From an uncultured delta proteobacterium (lineage in GTDB: Bacteria > Desulfobacterota > Binatia > Binatales > Binataceae): a DNA stretch of 64,000 bases. Positions 53,642 through 63,644 of this stretch are shown one piece after another. Each line of letters starts with the position of its first letter. Within the stretch, counting starts at the first letter, position 1. The stretch is taken from contig CAVZDJ010000036.1 of the NCBI GenBank assembly GCA_963773975.1, positions 3,263 through 67,262 of the forward strand, given 5' to 3'. Below the pieces are notes generated by a model that saw only the letters and a program-made list of their open reading frames with translations, was not told where the DNA came from and searched no databases. The position numbers and the translations under genes were made by a program.

Positions 53642-55345
53642 CCGCATCCACCACGCGATCCCGAGATAGACCCCGCCGAACGCGGGCAGCACCGCGAGCG
53701 CCATCAGGCGCGGCCCGGCATGCCCCATCGCAAGCTTCACCGCCCATCCGGCCGCACTCGCCATTAGCGCGATTCCCCAAAGCCGCGCCACCAGTCCGCG
53801 TCCCAAGCCGGTGTGGCCGATGCGCGAGTTGAGTTTCCATCGCAACAGCGCGAATTCAACCCAGGCGGCGACTCCGGCCGACGCGGTCAAGCCCGCCGCG
53901 CCCCATCGCTGGGCGATTCCCAAAGCGGGCGGCAGTGGAATCGCGCACAGATATCCCAACGTCAGCGTGAGGGTGAAGCGGACGAGCGCGAACTTAAGCG
54001 GCGTGCGCGTATCCTCCAGCGCATAGAAGGCCGAGTTGTACAGCCGGCCCATCGTCGCCGCGAGCATCCCCACCGCCGACCCGGCCAATACCGCCCATAC
54101 GTAGATCGCGTCGCGATGGGTGAAGCTGCCGGACTGAAAGATCAGCGCCGAGACCACGTCGCCGAGAAATAGAAACGCCGCCGCCGAAGGCACGACCAAA
54201 AACGCGATCTGCCGCAGGCCCGCGTCCAGGCGCATCCGCAAAAGCTGCGACACCTCCTCGAAGGTGCCGGCCGCGCGCGACATGCTCGGTAACTCGGCCG
54301 CCGCGACCGACATCCCGAACAGGCTTATCGGCAGCAGGTAGAGGATGCTCGCGTAGCTGAGCGCCGAGACCGCGCCGGTCGGCAGCAGGCTCGCGAGCAG
54401 GTTGTCGACGTAGCCGGAAATCTGGCTCGCGCCGCGTCCGGCGACGACCGGCGTGAGGTTGCGAAAGACCGTGCCCAGGGCCGTGCGCGTGCGCGCGAAA
54501 TCGACGCGGAGGCGGCCGACCAGCCGCAGCGTCTGCGGCGCCTGCACCGCGATCTGCAGAAACGCGCCAACGACCGCGCTCCATGCAAGCTCGACCGCCA
54601 ACACCTCCTGCGAACTGCGTGGTCCGTAGTAAATCAGCGCGGCGATGATCGCGACGTTCCATGCGACCGGCGCCGTGTACGAGGCGAAGAAGCGATGGTG
54701 GCTGTTGAGCACGCCGAGACACCAGGCCGATAACACCAGCAGCCCGGCGCCGGGGAACAGGATACGCACCAGCGCGACCGTCAACTCGCGCTTGGCTCCG
54801 GTGAATCCCGGCGCGATCGCCGCGATCAGCCAGGGCGTCGCCCACACTCCCAGCGCGACCAGGATCGCGACCCCGAGCGCGAGCAGCGCGCCGACGCCCC
54901 ACGCCAGCGTCTCGGCCGTCTCCGCGTCGCCCTCGCTCAAGAGCTTGCTGTAGACCGGAATGAAGGAGGCCGAGAGCACGCCCTCGCCGAAGAGGTTTTG
55001 CAGGATGTTGGGGATGCGGATGCCCGCCTTGAAGGCGTCGGCGGCGTCGGAGTTGCCGAGATAATGCGCGAAGATGCTTTCGCGGACGAGGCCGGCGATA
55101 CGGCTCAGCAGGATACCGGTGGCGACCAGCCATGCCAGGTTGGGGCCCAGACGCGCGGCGAGTAGCCGGCCGGCGGCGGAATCCGCTTTCGCGCCGGCAG
55201 AATCCGCTGGCGCGTCGGCATGCGTTTCGGGATGCGCTGGTGGCGCCGCTGGTTGGTTGTGCGAGCCGGTTACGATTTTGAAGCGCGCTCCTTTGGGCGT
55301 CGCGCTAGAGTATAGCGGCGCGCCGCGGCGGCTTGTAGGCGGCAC
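53573..55345 (-). CDS. murJ: Lipid II flippase MurJ (MviN)
   Basis: …SRIAGLVRESIFAHYLGNSDAADAFKAGIRIPNILQNLFGEGVLSASFIPVYS… is the MurJ N-terminal signature in a polytopic membrane protein. The GTG start at 55345 is uncertain because it gives about 60 extra N-terminal residues. The gene converges on hldE and overlaps it by 69 nt. Confidence 0.9.
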   Translation of the reverse strand: MPPTSRRGAPLYSSATPKGARFKIVTGSHNQPAAPPAHPETHADAPADSAGAKADSAAGRLLAARLGPNLAWLVATGILLSRIAGLVRESIFAHYLGNSDAADAFKAGIRIPNILQNLFGEGVLSASFIPVYSKLLSEGDAETAETLAWGVGALLALGVAILVALGVWATPWLIAAIAPGFTGAKRELTVALVRILFPGAGLLVLSAWCLGVLNSHHRFFASYTAPVAWNVAIIAALIYYGPRSSQEVLAVELAWSAVVGAFLQIAVQAPQTLRLVGRLRVDFARTRTALGTVFRNLTPVVAGRGASQISGYVDNLLASLLPTGAVSALSYASILYLLPISLFGMSVAAAELPSMSRAAGTFEEVSQLLRMRLDAGLRQIAFLVVPSAAAFLFLGDVVSALIFQSGSFTHRDAIYVWAVLAGSAVGMLAATMGRLYNSAFYALEDTRTPLKFALVRFTLTLTLGYLCAIPLPPALGIAQRWGAAGLTASAGVAAWVEFALLRWKLNSRIGHTGLGRGLVARLWGIALMASAAGWAVKLAMGHAGPRLMALAVLPAFGGVYLGIAWWMRLPELERAGNYLAARLGLRALKR

Positions 55346-55767
55346 GCCGCATCAGTTGTGACGCTCGAGCGTTGCTGACTCTTTCCACCTGTTGTCTTGG
55401 GGGAGGGTGTTTGTGCTTGTGCGCGAGACATGGGTAACGGGTGTGTGAGGACATAGGTAACACCCAACCTTTGCAAATCGCGCGCGACGTTCTGGCTCTG
55501 ACCCCCTCCCCCGTGTCTTGGGGATGGTCGGTTGGGGGGTCGAGCGAGGAAGCGGCGGTTGCTTTTTCTCTGCGGCGCTTCCTCGCTCGTATTGTTTGCC
55601 GATCCTCACAAGCGCTTGCTTGTGCCGTGCGGCAGGCGTGTCTAAGCTCGTGAATTCGGCGTGGCCGGCCGCTCGCCAGGGAGGGTAAAGCAACGTTCGC
55701 GGTCAGCAATTCGACACCACCGGACCGTTACGATATCGAACAATGGATCAACATCGAGGCGATCCAG

Positions 55768-56100
55768 TTGCTCGTGCATCACGCGAGCGCCGTGGTTGCC
55801 GCGATCGTGATTTTTGCGTTCGTCGCGCGCCTCGCAATCTGGCTGCTCCCGCACGGGTTCGTCCGCAAGGTCGTGGTGATCATCGACGACGTCGTTTTGA
55901 TTGGGCTGTTGCTGTACTTCGGGTACGAGATGCTGGTCTATCTGTGGAACCGGCGTCCGCCGGTGCAGCGCAACGCCGCGCTCGGAGCCGCTTTCGCCAC
56001 CGTCCAATCTTATCTGCTGGCTTGCTTGCCGGTGCCGATCGCGAAACCGCTTGGCGCGGCCTCGCAGGCGCTCGGGCGGCTTTTCGCCGTCGCGTGGTAA
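55768..56100 (+). CDS. Small membrane protein
   Basis: Hydrophobic helices are present (AVVAAIVIFAFVARLAIWLL and VVIIDDVVLIGLLLYFGYEMLVYLW). The frame stays open and protein-like upstream to about 55654 without a canonical start, so the true start is unclear. Confidence 0.45.
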   Translation: MLVHHASAVVAAIVIFAFVARLAIWLLPHGFVRKVVVIIDDVVLIGLLLYFGYEMLVYLWNRRPPVQRNAALGAAFATVQSYLLACLPVPIAKPLGAASQALGRLFAVAW

Positions 56101-56147
56101 CCGGCGCCTCGCGGGCATAAGCTTGAGTGAGGCCGGAGCGGCCCGCG

Positions 56148-57335
56148 ATGCTTACCGGAAACGACAACCACCACGACGCGGCCGCGTTCTCGCTCTATCT
56201 TCATATTCCGTACTGCCAATCCAAGTGCCCGTATTGCGATTTCAACTCGCACGCCGTTGCGAGCTGGCCCGAGGACGACTACGTTCGCGCGCTCGTCGCC
56301 GAGATCGAGCGCCGCGCCGGCGAGGCACCATGGACGGGACGGCGGCTCAAGACGATCTTCTTCGGCGGCGGCACGCCGTCGCTCTTTCGGCCGGAATCGA
56401 TCGCGGCGGTCCTGGCCGCAGCCGAGCGCCACTTCGGCCTCGAGTGCGACGCCGAGGTCACGCTGGAGGCCAATCCGGGCACGGTCGACGCGGCCAAGCT
56501 CGACGGGATGCGCGCCGCCGGAATCAACCGAATCAGCTTCGGCGCCCAATCGTTCAATGACCAGAGGCTTAAGTTCCTCGGCCGGATCCACGGCGCTGCG
56601 GAAACTCGCGCGGCCACTCGGCTCGCCCATCGCGCGGGCTTCGAGCGCCTCAACCTCGATCTGATCTTCGCGGTCCCCGGGCAGAGTATCGACGAGACGC
56701 TCAACGATATCGCGGAGGCCGCCGCGCTCGGTCCCGACCATATCTCGGCGTACAATCTGACCTTCGAGGAAGGCACCGCGTTCTTCACCGAGATGAAGCG
56801 CGGACGAATCCGGCCGATCGATTCCGACCGACAGGCCGAGTTCTATGCCGCAGTGCGTGAGGAACTGCCGCGGCGCGGCTATAAGATGTACGAGATTTCC
56901 AACTACGCACCGCCCGGCCACGAGGCGCGGCACAATCTGAGCTACTGGCGGCTGGAGAGTTACCTGGGGCTGGGTGCCGGAGCGCATAGTTTCGCGCGCG
57001 AGGAGAATGGCGGCGGCGGGCGGCGATGGTGGAACGAGCGGATGCCCGCGCGCTACGTCGAGCAGGCGCTCAAGGGCGGCCTGGCGGAGGCGGGCGGCGA
57101 GACGGTCGACGCTCGCGGTGCGCGCGGCGAGTTCGTATTTTTGAATCTCCGGCCGCGCGACGGATTTACGCTCGCCGAGTTCGAGACGCGTTTTGGCGCG
57201 AGCTTCGACAGCGTCTTCGGGGCGCGCGCGGCGCGGCTATTCGACGGAGAATTGCTGCTTCGCGACCGGGGGCGGATTTATTTAAGCGACCGCGGACTGG
57301 AGCTGGCCGACTCGGTCTTCGCCGAATTCATTTGA
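56148..57335 (+). CDS. hemW: Radical SAM heme chaperone HemW (coproporphyrinogen III oxidase-like)
   Basis: LYLHIPYCQSKCPYCDFNS provides the CxxxCxxC motif. …IFFGGGTPS…, …ISFGAQSF… and the HemN_C-like tail are present. The start is ATG 56148; the track gives GTG 56127. Confidence 0.85.
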   Translation: MLTGNDNHHDAAAFSLYLHIPYCQSKCPYCDFNSHAVASWPEDDYVRALVAEIERRAGEAPWTGRRLKTIFFGGGTPSLFRPESIAAVLAAAERHFGLECDAEVTLEANPGTVDAAKLDGMRAAGINRISFGAQSFNDQRLKFLGRIHGAAETRAATRLAHRAGFERLNLDLIFAVPGQSIDETLNDIAEAAALGPDHISAYNLTFEEGTAFFTEMKRGRIRPIDSDRQAEFYAAVREELPRRGYKMYEISNYAPPGHEARHNLSYWRLESYLGLGAGAHSFAREENGGGGRRWWNERMPARYVEQALKGGLAEAGGETVDARGARGEFVFLNLRPRDGFTLAEFETRFGASFDSVFGARAARLFDGELLLRDRGRIYLSDRGLELADSVFAEFI

Positions 57336-57477
57336 AGCATTTCCGATTTCTGGCTTCTCCAATCGCATCTCCTCGAATCGAAACCGCAGCGGATTGTGTG
57401 GCTTCGTGAAAGCGTCAGGCTTGCCTCCGCTGGTGCAGGTGCGCTACCTCAGTTTCTATACCTACCTTATTTAGTTT

Positions 57478-58569
57478 TTGCTCTCGTATCCGAGGCCTGG
57501 GTTGGCGTCAAGTAACGATATCGAGAACCAGTTCTCCAGCGCGGTAAAATCCGCGCTTGAGACCTCAGGGCCGGCCGCGCCGCCGCCCGAAGCGCCCACC
57601 TCATCAGTACTGGCGGTCCGCCCGAGGCGCACCCGCGCGTGGGCCGTTGCTCTGTTATGCCTGGCGTGCACTGCGACAGCGGCAGTCGTTGTGCTTACGG
57701 TCCTGCACCTACGACCCATCGGCGTGGCGCCGTCAGCGGTCGAGATAGCTCCGATACGGCCAGGGGGCGGCGCCGATCAACCTGACGCGACGCCTCTCGC
57801 ACCCAAGCCAACTGCCGCGGCCGAATCGGCGCCGGCCGCTGCTTCGACCCTGACGACTACGGCCACGACACCGGCACCGACCGCCGACGCGCCGGCTTCG
57901 ACGGCGAGTGTCAACTGCGAACTGCAACAACCCCTCGCCACGCCGTCGGCTCCTTCGCGCCATGCGCAAGTGTCGCGGCACCTACGCGGGCCTGCGGATG
58001 CGTCGAGGAAAGCCTTCGCCACCGCTCAAACGCGCCATCGAGCCGGAGCGGCCGCGCGAGCTTCTGCCGGTGGTCATCAGCCCGGGTTGTCAGACCGATT
58101 CGCAAAAGCGCCAAGCCCGGTCTCTGAGACGCGGATGGCCGCAACCGCCGCCGTCGCTCCAGCGACTCGAGCGACTGTTGAGAGCGCGAGCGTGCCGGCT
58201 GTTTCGACTGCAACGACGCGCTCCGTCCTGGTTTCATCGCCGGACCAGTCGGTTTACTGGGCGCTGGAGGACTTCGGGGTGATCTTCCGCTCGACCGACC
58301 GAAGGGTCTGGCAGCTACAAGGTACCGGCGTGCGATCCGATTTGTTGGCCGGCGAGGCGCCATCGAACACGGTGTGCTGGGTGGTTGGACGCCATGGCAC
58401 GATCTTACTTACGACCGACGGCAAGCGATGGCAGCGAATCAAATCGCCGACCAACGCCGATATTGTCGGGGTGTCGGCGCTTAGCGCCGACGTCGCCGAC
58501 ATCGTTGCCGCGGACGGTTCACACCTGAGTACTTTCGACCGTGGCAGCTACTGGATGCCGACCATCTGA
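57478..58569 (+). CDS. Membrane-anchored protein with an Ala/Pro/Thr-rich linker and a C-terminal BNR/Ycf48-like beta-propeller fragment
   Basis: The TM helix is WAVALLCLACTATAAVVVLTVL. A low-complexity linker follows. The C-terminus, …VYWALEDFGVIFRSTDRRVWQLQ…CWVVGRHGTILLTTDGKRWQRI…, resembles Ycf48/BNR repeats. Confidence 0.5.
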   Translation: MLSYPRPGLASSNDIENQFSSAVKSALETSGPAAPPPEAPTSSVLAVRPRRTRAWAVALLCLACTATAAVVVLTVLHLRPIGVAPSAVEIAPIRPGGGADQPDATPLAPKPTAAAESAPAAASTLTTTATTPAPTADAPASTASVNCELQQPLATPSAPSRHAQVSRHLRGPADASRKAFATAQTRHRAGAAARASAGGHQPGLSDRFAKAPSPVSETRMAATAAVAPATRATVESASVPAVSTATTRSVLVSSPDQSVYWALEDFGVIFRSTDRRVWQLQGTGVRSDLLAGEAPSNTVCWVVGRHGTILLTTDGKRWQRIKSPTNADIVGVSALSADVADIVAADGSHLSTFDRGSYWMPTI

Positions 58570-58601
58570 GCGGGCGCGGCCTGGAACTCGTAGTTTCGCG
58601 A

Positions 58602-60224
58602 TTAATCGAGCCTGGCGTCGACGATTGCGGCCACGCGCGCGGGGGTGGTGAGACGGATGAACGCGCCCAGGCGCGGGCCGCGCTCCTGGCCCAGGATCAC
58701 GCGATAGAGCAGGGGGAAAATCTTGCCCGGCTTGTCGTAATGCTGGCGCCCAAGTTCGTAGATCGCTTTTTCGATATCTTCGGCGCCGGCCTCGCCGTTT
58801 TGCGCGAGCCACGCGCTGAGCGCGCGCAACTGCTCGCGCTCGCCGTCGCTCGGCGTGTAATGAAACTTGGCCGGCTCGATAAAGTCGCGGTAGAAATTGA
58901 GCGCGCATTCCATCAGCTCGCGCGTCAGCTTCATCGTGTCCGCGTCGCCCTCGATCGCGGGATCGTAGTGCACCAGGTAGCGCCAGATAAGCTCGCGCTC
59001 AGAGCTTCCGAGTGCCGCAACCAGGTTCATCACCAGGCCAAAGCTGAGTGTCGAGTTGAAGCGCCGGGCGCTTTGGCTCTGCAGCACGAACTCCAGCGGC
59101 GAGTTGCGCCGCGCGCGCCGGTCCGCCGCGCCCCATGCGCGCAGCGCGTCGAGGTATTCGTCGGTGTACTGCGGGATCGATTCCAGGAAAAGCTTGCGCG
59201 CGCGCCGCGGATTCAGAATCAGGAAATATTTGAGTACCTCGATCGGCGCGTACCGTCGCCACTGCTCGACCCCGACCCCGCGGCCGATCGATTTCGAGAC
59301 CTTGTGCCCTTCCTCGTCGAGATACATCTCGAAGGCGAAGCCGAGCGGCGGCCGGCCGCCGAGCAGGCGCAGAATCTGGCCCGAGAGCCGCGCCGAATCG
59401 ATCAGGTCCTTGCCGTAAAGTTCGTAGTCGACGCTCAACATGTACCATCGAAGCGCCCAGTCGACCTTCCACTGCACCTTGGCTTTGCCGCCGAGCACGC
59501 TCTGCTCGCCTCGAAAGCCGCATCCGTGCGAGCCGCCGAAACTGCGCTCGCAGGAGAACTCGACGGTGGCGCGTTCGGGATGGTACGCCGTCACCAGGGT
59601 CGAGTTGATTTGCCCGCACGCGGGACAGAGCGGCATCACGGGCGACCATCCGGCGCGATTCTCCTCGCGGAGCGTCGGCGTGACGATACGGATTATCTCG
59701 GCGTGCTTCTCCAGAATAAGTTTCAGCGCGTCATCGAAGCGGCCACTGGCGTACATCTCACTGGAGCGCATCAATTCGTAGCTGACCTCGACCGGCTCGA
59801 GGAATTTCTCCAGCAGCGCGATCATGTGGGCGGCGAAGCTTGGATGGCACTCGCCGAAGGGGTCGGGAATTCGCGACACGGGCTGGCCCAGAAAGGCCGC
59901 GCTCGCCTCGCGGTTGGGGATGCTTTCGGGGACTTTGCGCAGGCCGTCCATGTCGTCGATGAAAACGACGAGCCGGCTTGGGCGGCGGTACGCGGCGCTA
60001 CTAGAGTCAGCCTCCTCGAGGACTTGGCCAAGGACCTGAAAGGCGTGCTGCACATAAGCGGGACGCAGCACCTCGCCCATCGTGCCGAGATGTGGCAGTC
60101 CCGAGGGGCCGAAGCCGCTTTCGAAAATTACCGCGCGCTCAGGCGGGTAACTGCTGACCCGCTCGGCGAGGCGGCGGGCCTCTTCATACGGCCAAAGGTC
60201 CAGTTCCGTTCGCTCAGCCATCAA
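58602..60224 (-). CDS. lysK: Class I lysyl-tRNA synthetase
   Basis: …FESGFGPSGLPHLGTMGEVLR… is a HIGH-like motif, and …GHKVSKSIGRGV… is a KMSKS-like motif. The length of 540 aa and the overall pattern fit the class I LysRS family rather than class II LysS. Confidence 0.85.
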   Translation of the reverse strand: MMAERTELDLWPYEEARRLAERVSSYPPERAVIFESGFGPSGLPHLGTMGEVLRPAYVQHAFQVLGQVLEEADSSSAAYRRPSRLVVFIDDMDGLRKVPESIPNREASAAFLGQPVSRIPDPFGECHPSFAAHMIALLEKFLEPVEVSYELMRSSEMYASGRFDDALKLILEKHAEIIRIVTPTLREENRAGWSPVMPLCPACGQINSTLVTAYHPERATVEFSCERSFGGSHGCGFRGEQSVLGGKAKVQWKVDWALRWYMLSVDYELYGKDLIDSARLSGQILRLLGGRPPLGFAFEMYLDEEGHKVSKSIGRGVGVEQWRRYAPIEVLKYFLILNPRRARKLFLESIPQYTDEYLDALRAWGAADRRARRNSPLEFVLQSQSARRFNSTLSFGLVMNLVAALGSSERELIWRYLVHYDPAIEGDADTMKLTRELMECALNFYRDFIEPAKFHYTPSDGEREQLRALSAWLAQNGEAGAEDIEKAIYELGRQHYDKPGKIFPLLYRVILGQERGPRLGAFIRLTTPARVAAIVDARLD

Positions 60225-60284
60225 CGGTATTGCCTTACCCGCATTGCCTTACCTGTACCGCCCTACGGGGCTCAAGCCTTACGG

Positions 60285-60497
60285 TCATACTCTGCCCTTG
60301 AGCACGCGCGCGAGCGCTTCATGCAGCCACGGATCGATCTGAAGGTCGCGGTTTTTTTCCGAGGCGAGGCGTAGTTTCACGCCACAATTGGCACAAATAA
60401 AGGCGTCTTGGCTAAATCCAGCGCGGTCCTCCACGGCGAGATGCAGGAACCACTCGTTTATCGGACGCCGGCAGATTTCGCAACTTTGCTCGCTCAT
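60285..60497 (-). CDS. Small zinc-ribbon protein
   Basis: 70 aa with CEIC…CANC (two CxxC pairs). It lies directly upstream of the LysRS gene and is co-oriented with it. Confidence 0.5.
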   Translation of the reverse strand: MSEQSCEICRRPINEWFLHLAVEDRAGFSQDAFICANCGVKLRLASEKNRDLQIDPWLHEALARVLKGRV

Positions 60498-60723
60498 TGT
60501 AGGCAGACAGACAGGGCGCCCTATGGTTATATCATTGATAGGGCCGGGCGGGGCGTGTTACAGGAGTTCTCCGATCAGTGGCTGCCCTGCAAAACCTTCG
60601 GCCTGCATACTACCCCTAAACCTGCAAGGTTCGGCGGCATCGGAGCGGCGGACCGACAAAGCTTGGGTTGAGCTGGATCGGCGGAGCCGCCTTGGGGTTT
60701 TAGGGGCGAAGATTTTTCGCTTC

Positions 60724-61740
60724 ATGGAAGAAAATCTGACAAAGCACAAAATCAAGGAATTGCGGGCATTGGTGTCGGAGGGCGACCGGGTCGCCATCCT
60801 GCTGCAAGACGATCCCGACCCTGACGCGATGTCGAGCGCGATTGCGTTGCGGACGCTCCTGGGCCGAAACAAGCTCACCACGCCGATCTTCAGCTTCACT
60901 CCGGTCACGCGGCCGGAGAACAAGACCATGATGCATCTGCTGGAGATCGAGATCGCGCCGGCCGATACCGAGGAACTTGCCGCGTTTGATCGGGTGGCGA
61001 TGGTCGACGTGCAGCCGCCCTACTTCAACGGCCGGCTGCGCCGCGCCGACATCGTGATCGACCATCATCCGGGCTACGCGCCGAACAACGCCGCCTTCCA
61101 GGACGTGCGCCCCGGCTACGGCGCCACCGCCACCATCATGACCGAGTACCTGGTGGCCGCCGACGAGCGGATAAGCGAGCGCCTGGCCACCGCGCTGCTC
61201 TACGGCATCCGCAGCGACACGCTGATGCTCAAGCGGCGGGTGACCGACAGCGACATGCAGGCCTTCACCCATCTTTACCCGCACGCCAATTACAACCTGC
61301 TCCGCCAGATCGATCGGCCCGAACTGCCGACGCGCTTCGCCCGCGTGCTGGCGCGCGTGATGCGCCGTTTCGAGGTTCACGACGGCGTAGCGCTGTTGCA
61401 CCTCGGCCGCGTCGAGCGCGACGACCTGATCGTGCAGATGGCGGACTTCTGCCTGCAGTTCGAGGGCGTGGAGTGGGTAGTGGTATCGGGCAAGCTCGAG
61501 GGCAACCTGGTGATCGCGGTGCGCAATCACGGAACCGGGCGGCGCAACGCGGGCGAGGTCGTGCGCAAGCTGTTCGGCGAGATGGGCAGCGCCGGCGGCC
61601 ATCGCAACATGTCCAAGGCGGTGATCGCACTCAAGGATTGGCGCGCGCGCGAGCATACGCTCCGCGATAGCGCGATCGAAGCCCGCCTGCGCGAGCTGTT
61701 CGAGGCGCAAATCAGCGGCGACAACGACGCCGCCGACTGA
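60724..61740 (+). CDS. DHH/DHHA1-family phosphoesterase (NrnA-like)
   Basis: Motifs are …ILLQDDPDPDAMSSAIAL…, …VIDHHPG… (DHH) and …MGSAGGHRNMSKA (DHHA1 GGGH-like). The start at ATG 60724 avoids the overlap with the divergent zinc-ribbon gene that the track start would create. Confidence 0.85.
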   Translation: MEENLTKHKIKELRALVSEGDRVAILLQDDPDPDAMSSAIALRTLLGRNKLTTPIFSFTPVTRPENKTMMHLLEIEIAPADTEELAAFDRVAMVDVQPPYFNGRLRRADIVIDHHPGYAPNNAAFQDVRPGYGATATIMTEYLVAADERISERLATALLYGIRSDTLMLKRRVTDSDMQAFTHLYPHANYNLLRQIDRPELPTRFARVLARVMRRFEVHDGVALLHLGRVERDDLIVQMADFCLQFEGVEWVVVSGKLEGNLVIAVRNHGTGRRNAGEVVRKLFGEMGSAGGHRNMSKAVIALKDWRAREHTLRDSAIEARLRELFEAQISGDNDAAD

Positions 61741-61824
61741 TTCGTACGATTCAGGCGAAACCGCGCCCCCCTTACTCCGCGTGCCCCGTTTACCGGCCGA
61801 CCCCCACCGTCTATCGTAGAGTGG

Positions 61825-62097
61825 ATGAGTGTGCTGGAGGGGACAGTGGAGGTTAGCAATCGGCTCGGACTCCATCTGCGCGCCGCCACCAAGCTGGCCG
61901 AAACCGCGCGCAGCTTCCAGTCCAAGGTGATGATCGTCGGCAAGGACGGCCAGGCCGACGCGCGCAGCGTAATCAATCTGATGATGCTCGGCGCGGCGAT
62001 CGGCGCGCGGCTCAAAGTGCGCGCCGACGGCCCCGACGCGCGCGCCGCCCTCGAGGCCATCCAGAGCCTGTTCCAGGATCGCTTTGGCGAAGACTGA
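61825..62097 (+). CDS. ptsH: HPr-family phosphocarrier protein
   Basis: …VSNRLGLHLRAATKLAE… has the His15 context, and …DARSVINLMMLGA… has the Ser46 context. Length is 90 aa. Confidence 0.85.
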   Translation: MSVLEGTVEVSNRLGLHLRAATKLAETARSFQSKVMIVGKDGQADARSVINLMMLGAAIGARLKVRADGPDARAALEAIQSLFQDRFGED

Positions 62098-62115
62098 ATC
62101 GTTTCGACTAAGATT

Positions 62116-62144
62116 GACCGCTGAGCGCGCGGCGGTCAGCGGTC
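62116..62144 (+). terminator. Possible hairpin terminator after ptsH
   Basis: GACCGCTGA-(11 nt)-TCAGCGGTC forms a 9-bp stem. No U-tract follows. Confidence 0.3.
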
Positions 62145-62391
62145 CGGCGGTTAATGTCTTATTCGGACGCTGCGCGTCCGGTGAGCGAGCGCCTTGATCG
62201 CGCGTCAGCGGTTGGCTATACCAAGGCATCGTTCTTCGTTCCGAATGAAATACCTTCTTTTATCGAGCGTTGTGCGGCGAGCGCTCGCTTCGCGATCAAG
62301 CAAACATTACGTTGCCGCTGGGCCGGACGAGCGGGCTTCGCACTGACGCGGGACGCTTGCAAAGACCGGCACCCCAAGGAGACATCGCTAA

Positions 62392-63579
62392 ATGCCGCTC
62401 AAGGATTTTCTTTTCACCTCGGAATCGGTTTCCGAAGGCCATCCCGACAAGATGTGCGACCAGGTCTCGGACGCCGTGCTCGACGCACTCATCGCCGAGG
62501 ATCCCAACTCGCGCGTGGCCCTCGAGACGCTGGTCAAGACCGGACTCATCGTGCTGGCCGGCGAGATAACCAGCCGGGCGCATCCGGACTTCGTGCGAAT
62601 CGCGCGCGATACCGCGCTCGAAATCGGCTACAACCATATGGACACCGGCTTCGACGGCAACAACTGCGCCGTGCTGACCGCGATCGAGCCGCAATCGGCC
62701 GATATCTCGCAGGGCGTCACCGAGGGCGAGGGCCTGCACAAGGAGCAGGGCGCCGGTGACCAGGGTCTGATGTTCGGGTTCGCCTGCGACGAGACGCCGG
62801 AGCAGATGCCGCTGCCGATCGCGCTCGCGCATCGGCTGATGGAAAACCTCTCCAAGCTGCGCCATCAGGGCAAGGCGGATTTCCTGTTGCCCGACGGCAA
62901 GAGCCAGGTCAGCGTACGCTACGCGGGCGGCCGCCCGGTCGAGGTCAGCACGGTGGTGGTCTCGGCGCAGCATCGGCGCGACGTCGGCCATGCGACCGTG
63001 CGCGAGGCGGTGATCGAGGAGTTGATCAAGCCGACCATCCCCAGACAGTTCCTGACCAAGGACACGGTCATCCACGTCAACCCGACCGGCAGCTTCGTGA
63101 TCGGCGGCCCGCACGGCGATTGCGGCCTGACGGGGCGCAAGATCATCGTCGACACCTACGGCGGGTACGGACGCCACGGTGGCGGCGCGTTCTCGGGCAA
63201 GGACCCGAGCAAGGTCGATCGCTCGGCCTGCTACATGGCGCGCTACGTGGCCAAGAACGTGGTCGCGGCCGGGCTGGCAACCAAGTGCGAGATCCAGGTG
63301 GCGTATGCGATCGGCGTGGCCGAGCCGGTTTCGATCCTGATCGACACTTTCGACACCGGCGTGGTCCCGGACCAGAAACTGTCCTCGGCGCTGCGCGAGC
63401 TGTTCGACTTCCGGCCCGCGGGGATTATCAAGACGCTCGGCCTGAAGCGGCCGATTTACAAGGCCACCGCCGCCTACGGCCATTTCGGCCGGGTGCCGCA
63501 CAACGGGCTCTTTCCGTGGGAGCAAACCGACATGGTTGACGCGTTGCGCAACGCTTTCGGGCGCGACGGCGGCCGCTAG
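62392..63579 (+). CDS. metK: S-adenosylmethionine synthetase
   Basis: [32 protein letters not shown]…, …[12 protein letters not shown]… and …[25 protein letters not shown]… together make a canonical MetK. Confidence 0.95.
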   Translation: MPLKDFLFTSESVSEGHPDKMCDQVSDAVLDALIAEDPNSRVALETLVKTGLIVLAGEITSRAHPDFVRIARDTALEIGYNHMDTGFDGNNCAVLTAIEPQSADISQGVTEGEGLHKEQGAGDQGLMFGFACDETPEQMPLPIALAHRLMENLSKLRHQGKADFLLPDGKSQVSVRYAGGRPVEVSTVVVSAQHRRDVGHATVREAVIEELIKPTIPRQFLTKDTVIHVNPTGSFVIGGPHGDCGLTGRKIIVDTYGGYGRHGGGAFSGKDPSKVDRSACYMARYVAKNVVAAGLATKCEIQVAYAIGVAEPVSILIDTFDTGVVPDQKLSSALRELFDFRPAGIIKTLGLKRPIYKATAAYGHFGRVPHNGLFPWEQTDMVDALRNAFGRDGGR

Positions 63580-63608
63580 TCAGAAGAGCATCGCGCATGA
63601 CAACCCTG

Positions 63609-63642
63609 GGGCGCGCGGCGCTTTCGCGTACGCGCGCCCTTT
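63609..63642 (+). terminator. Candidate intrinsic terminator or attenuator between metK and ahcY
   Basis: GGGCGCGCG-(13 nt)-CGCGCGCCC forms a 9-bp GC stem followed by TTTG. The U-tract is short. Confidence 0.45.
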
Positions 63643-63644
63643 GA

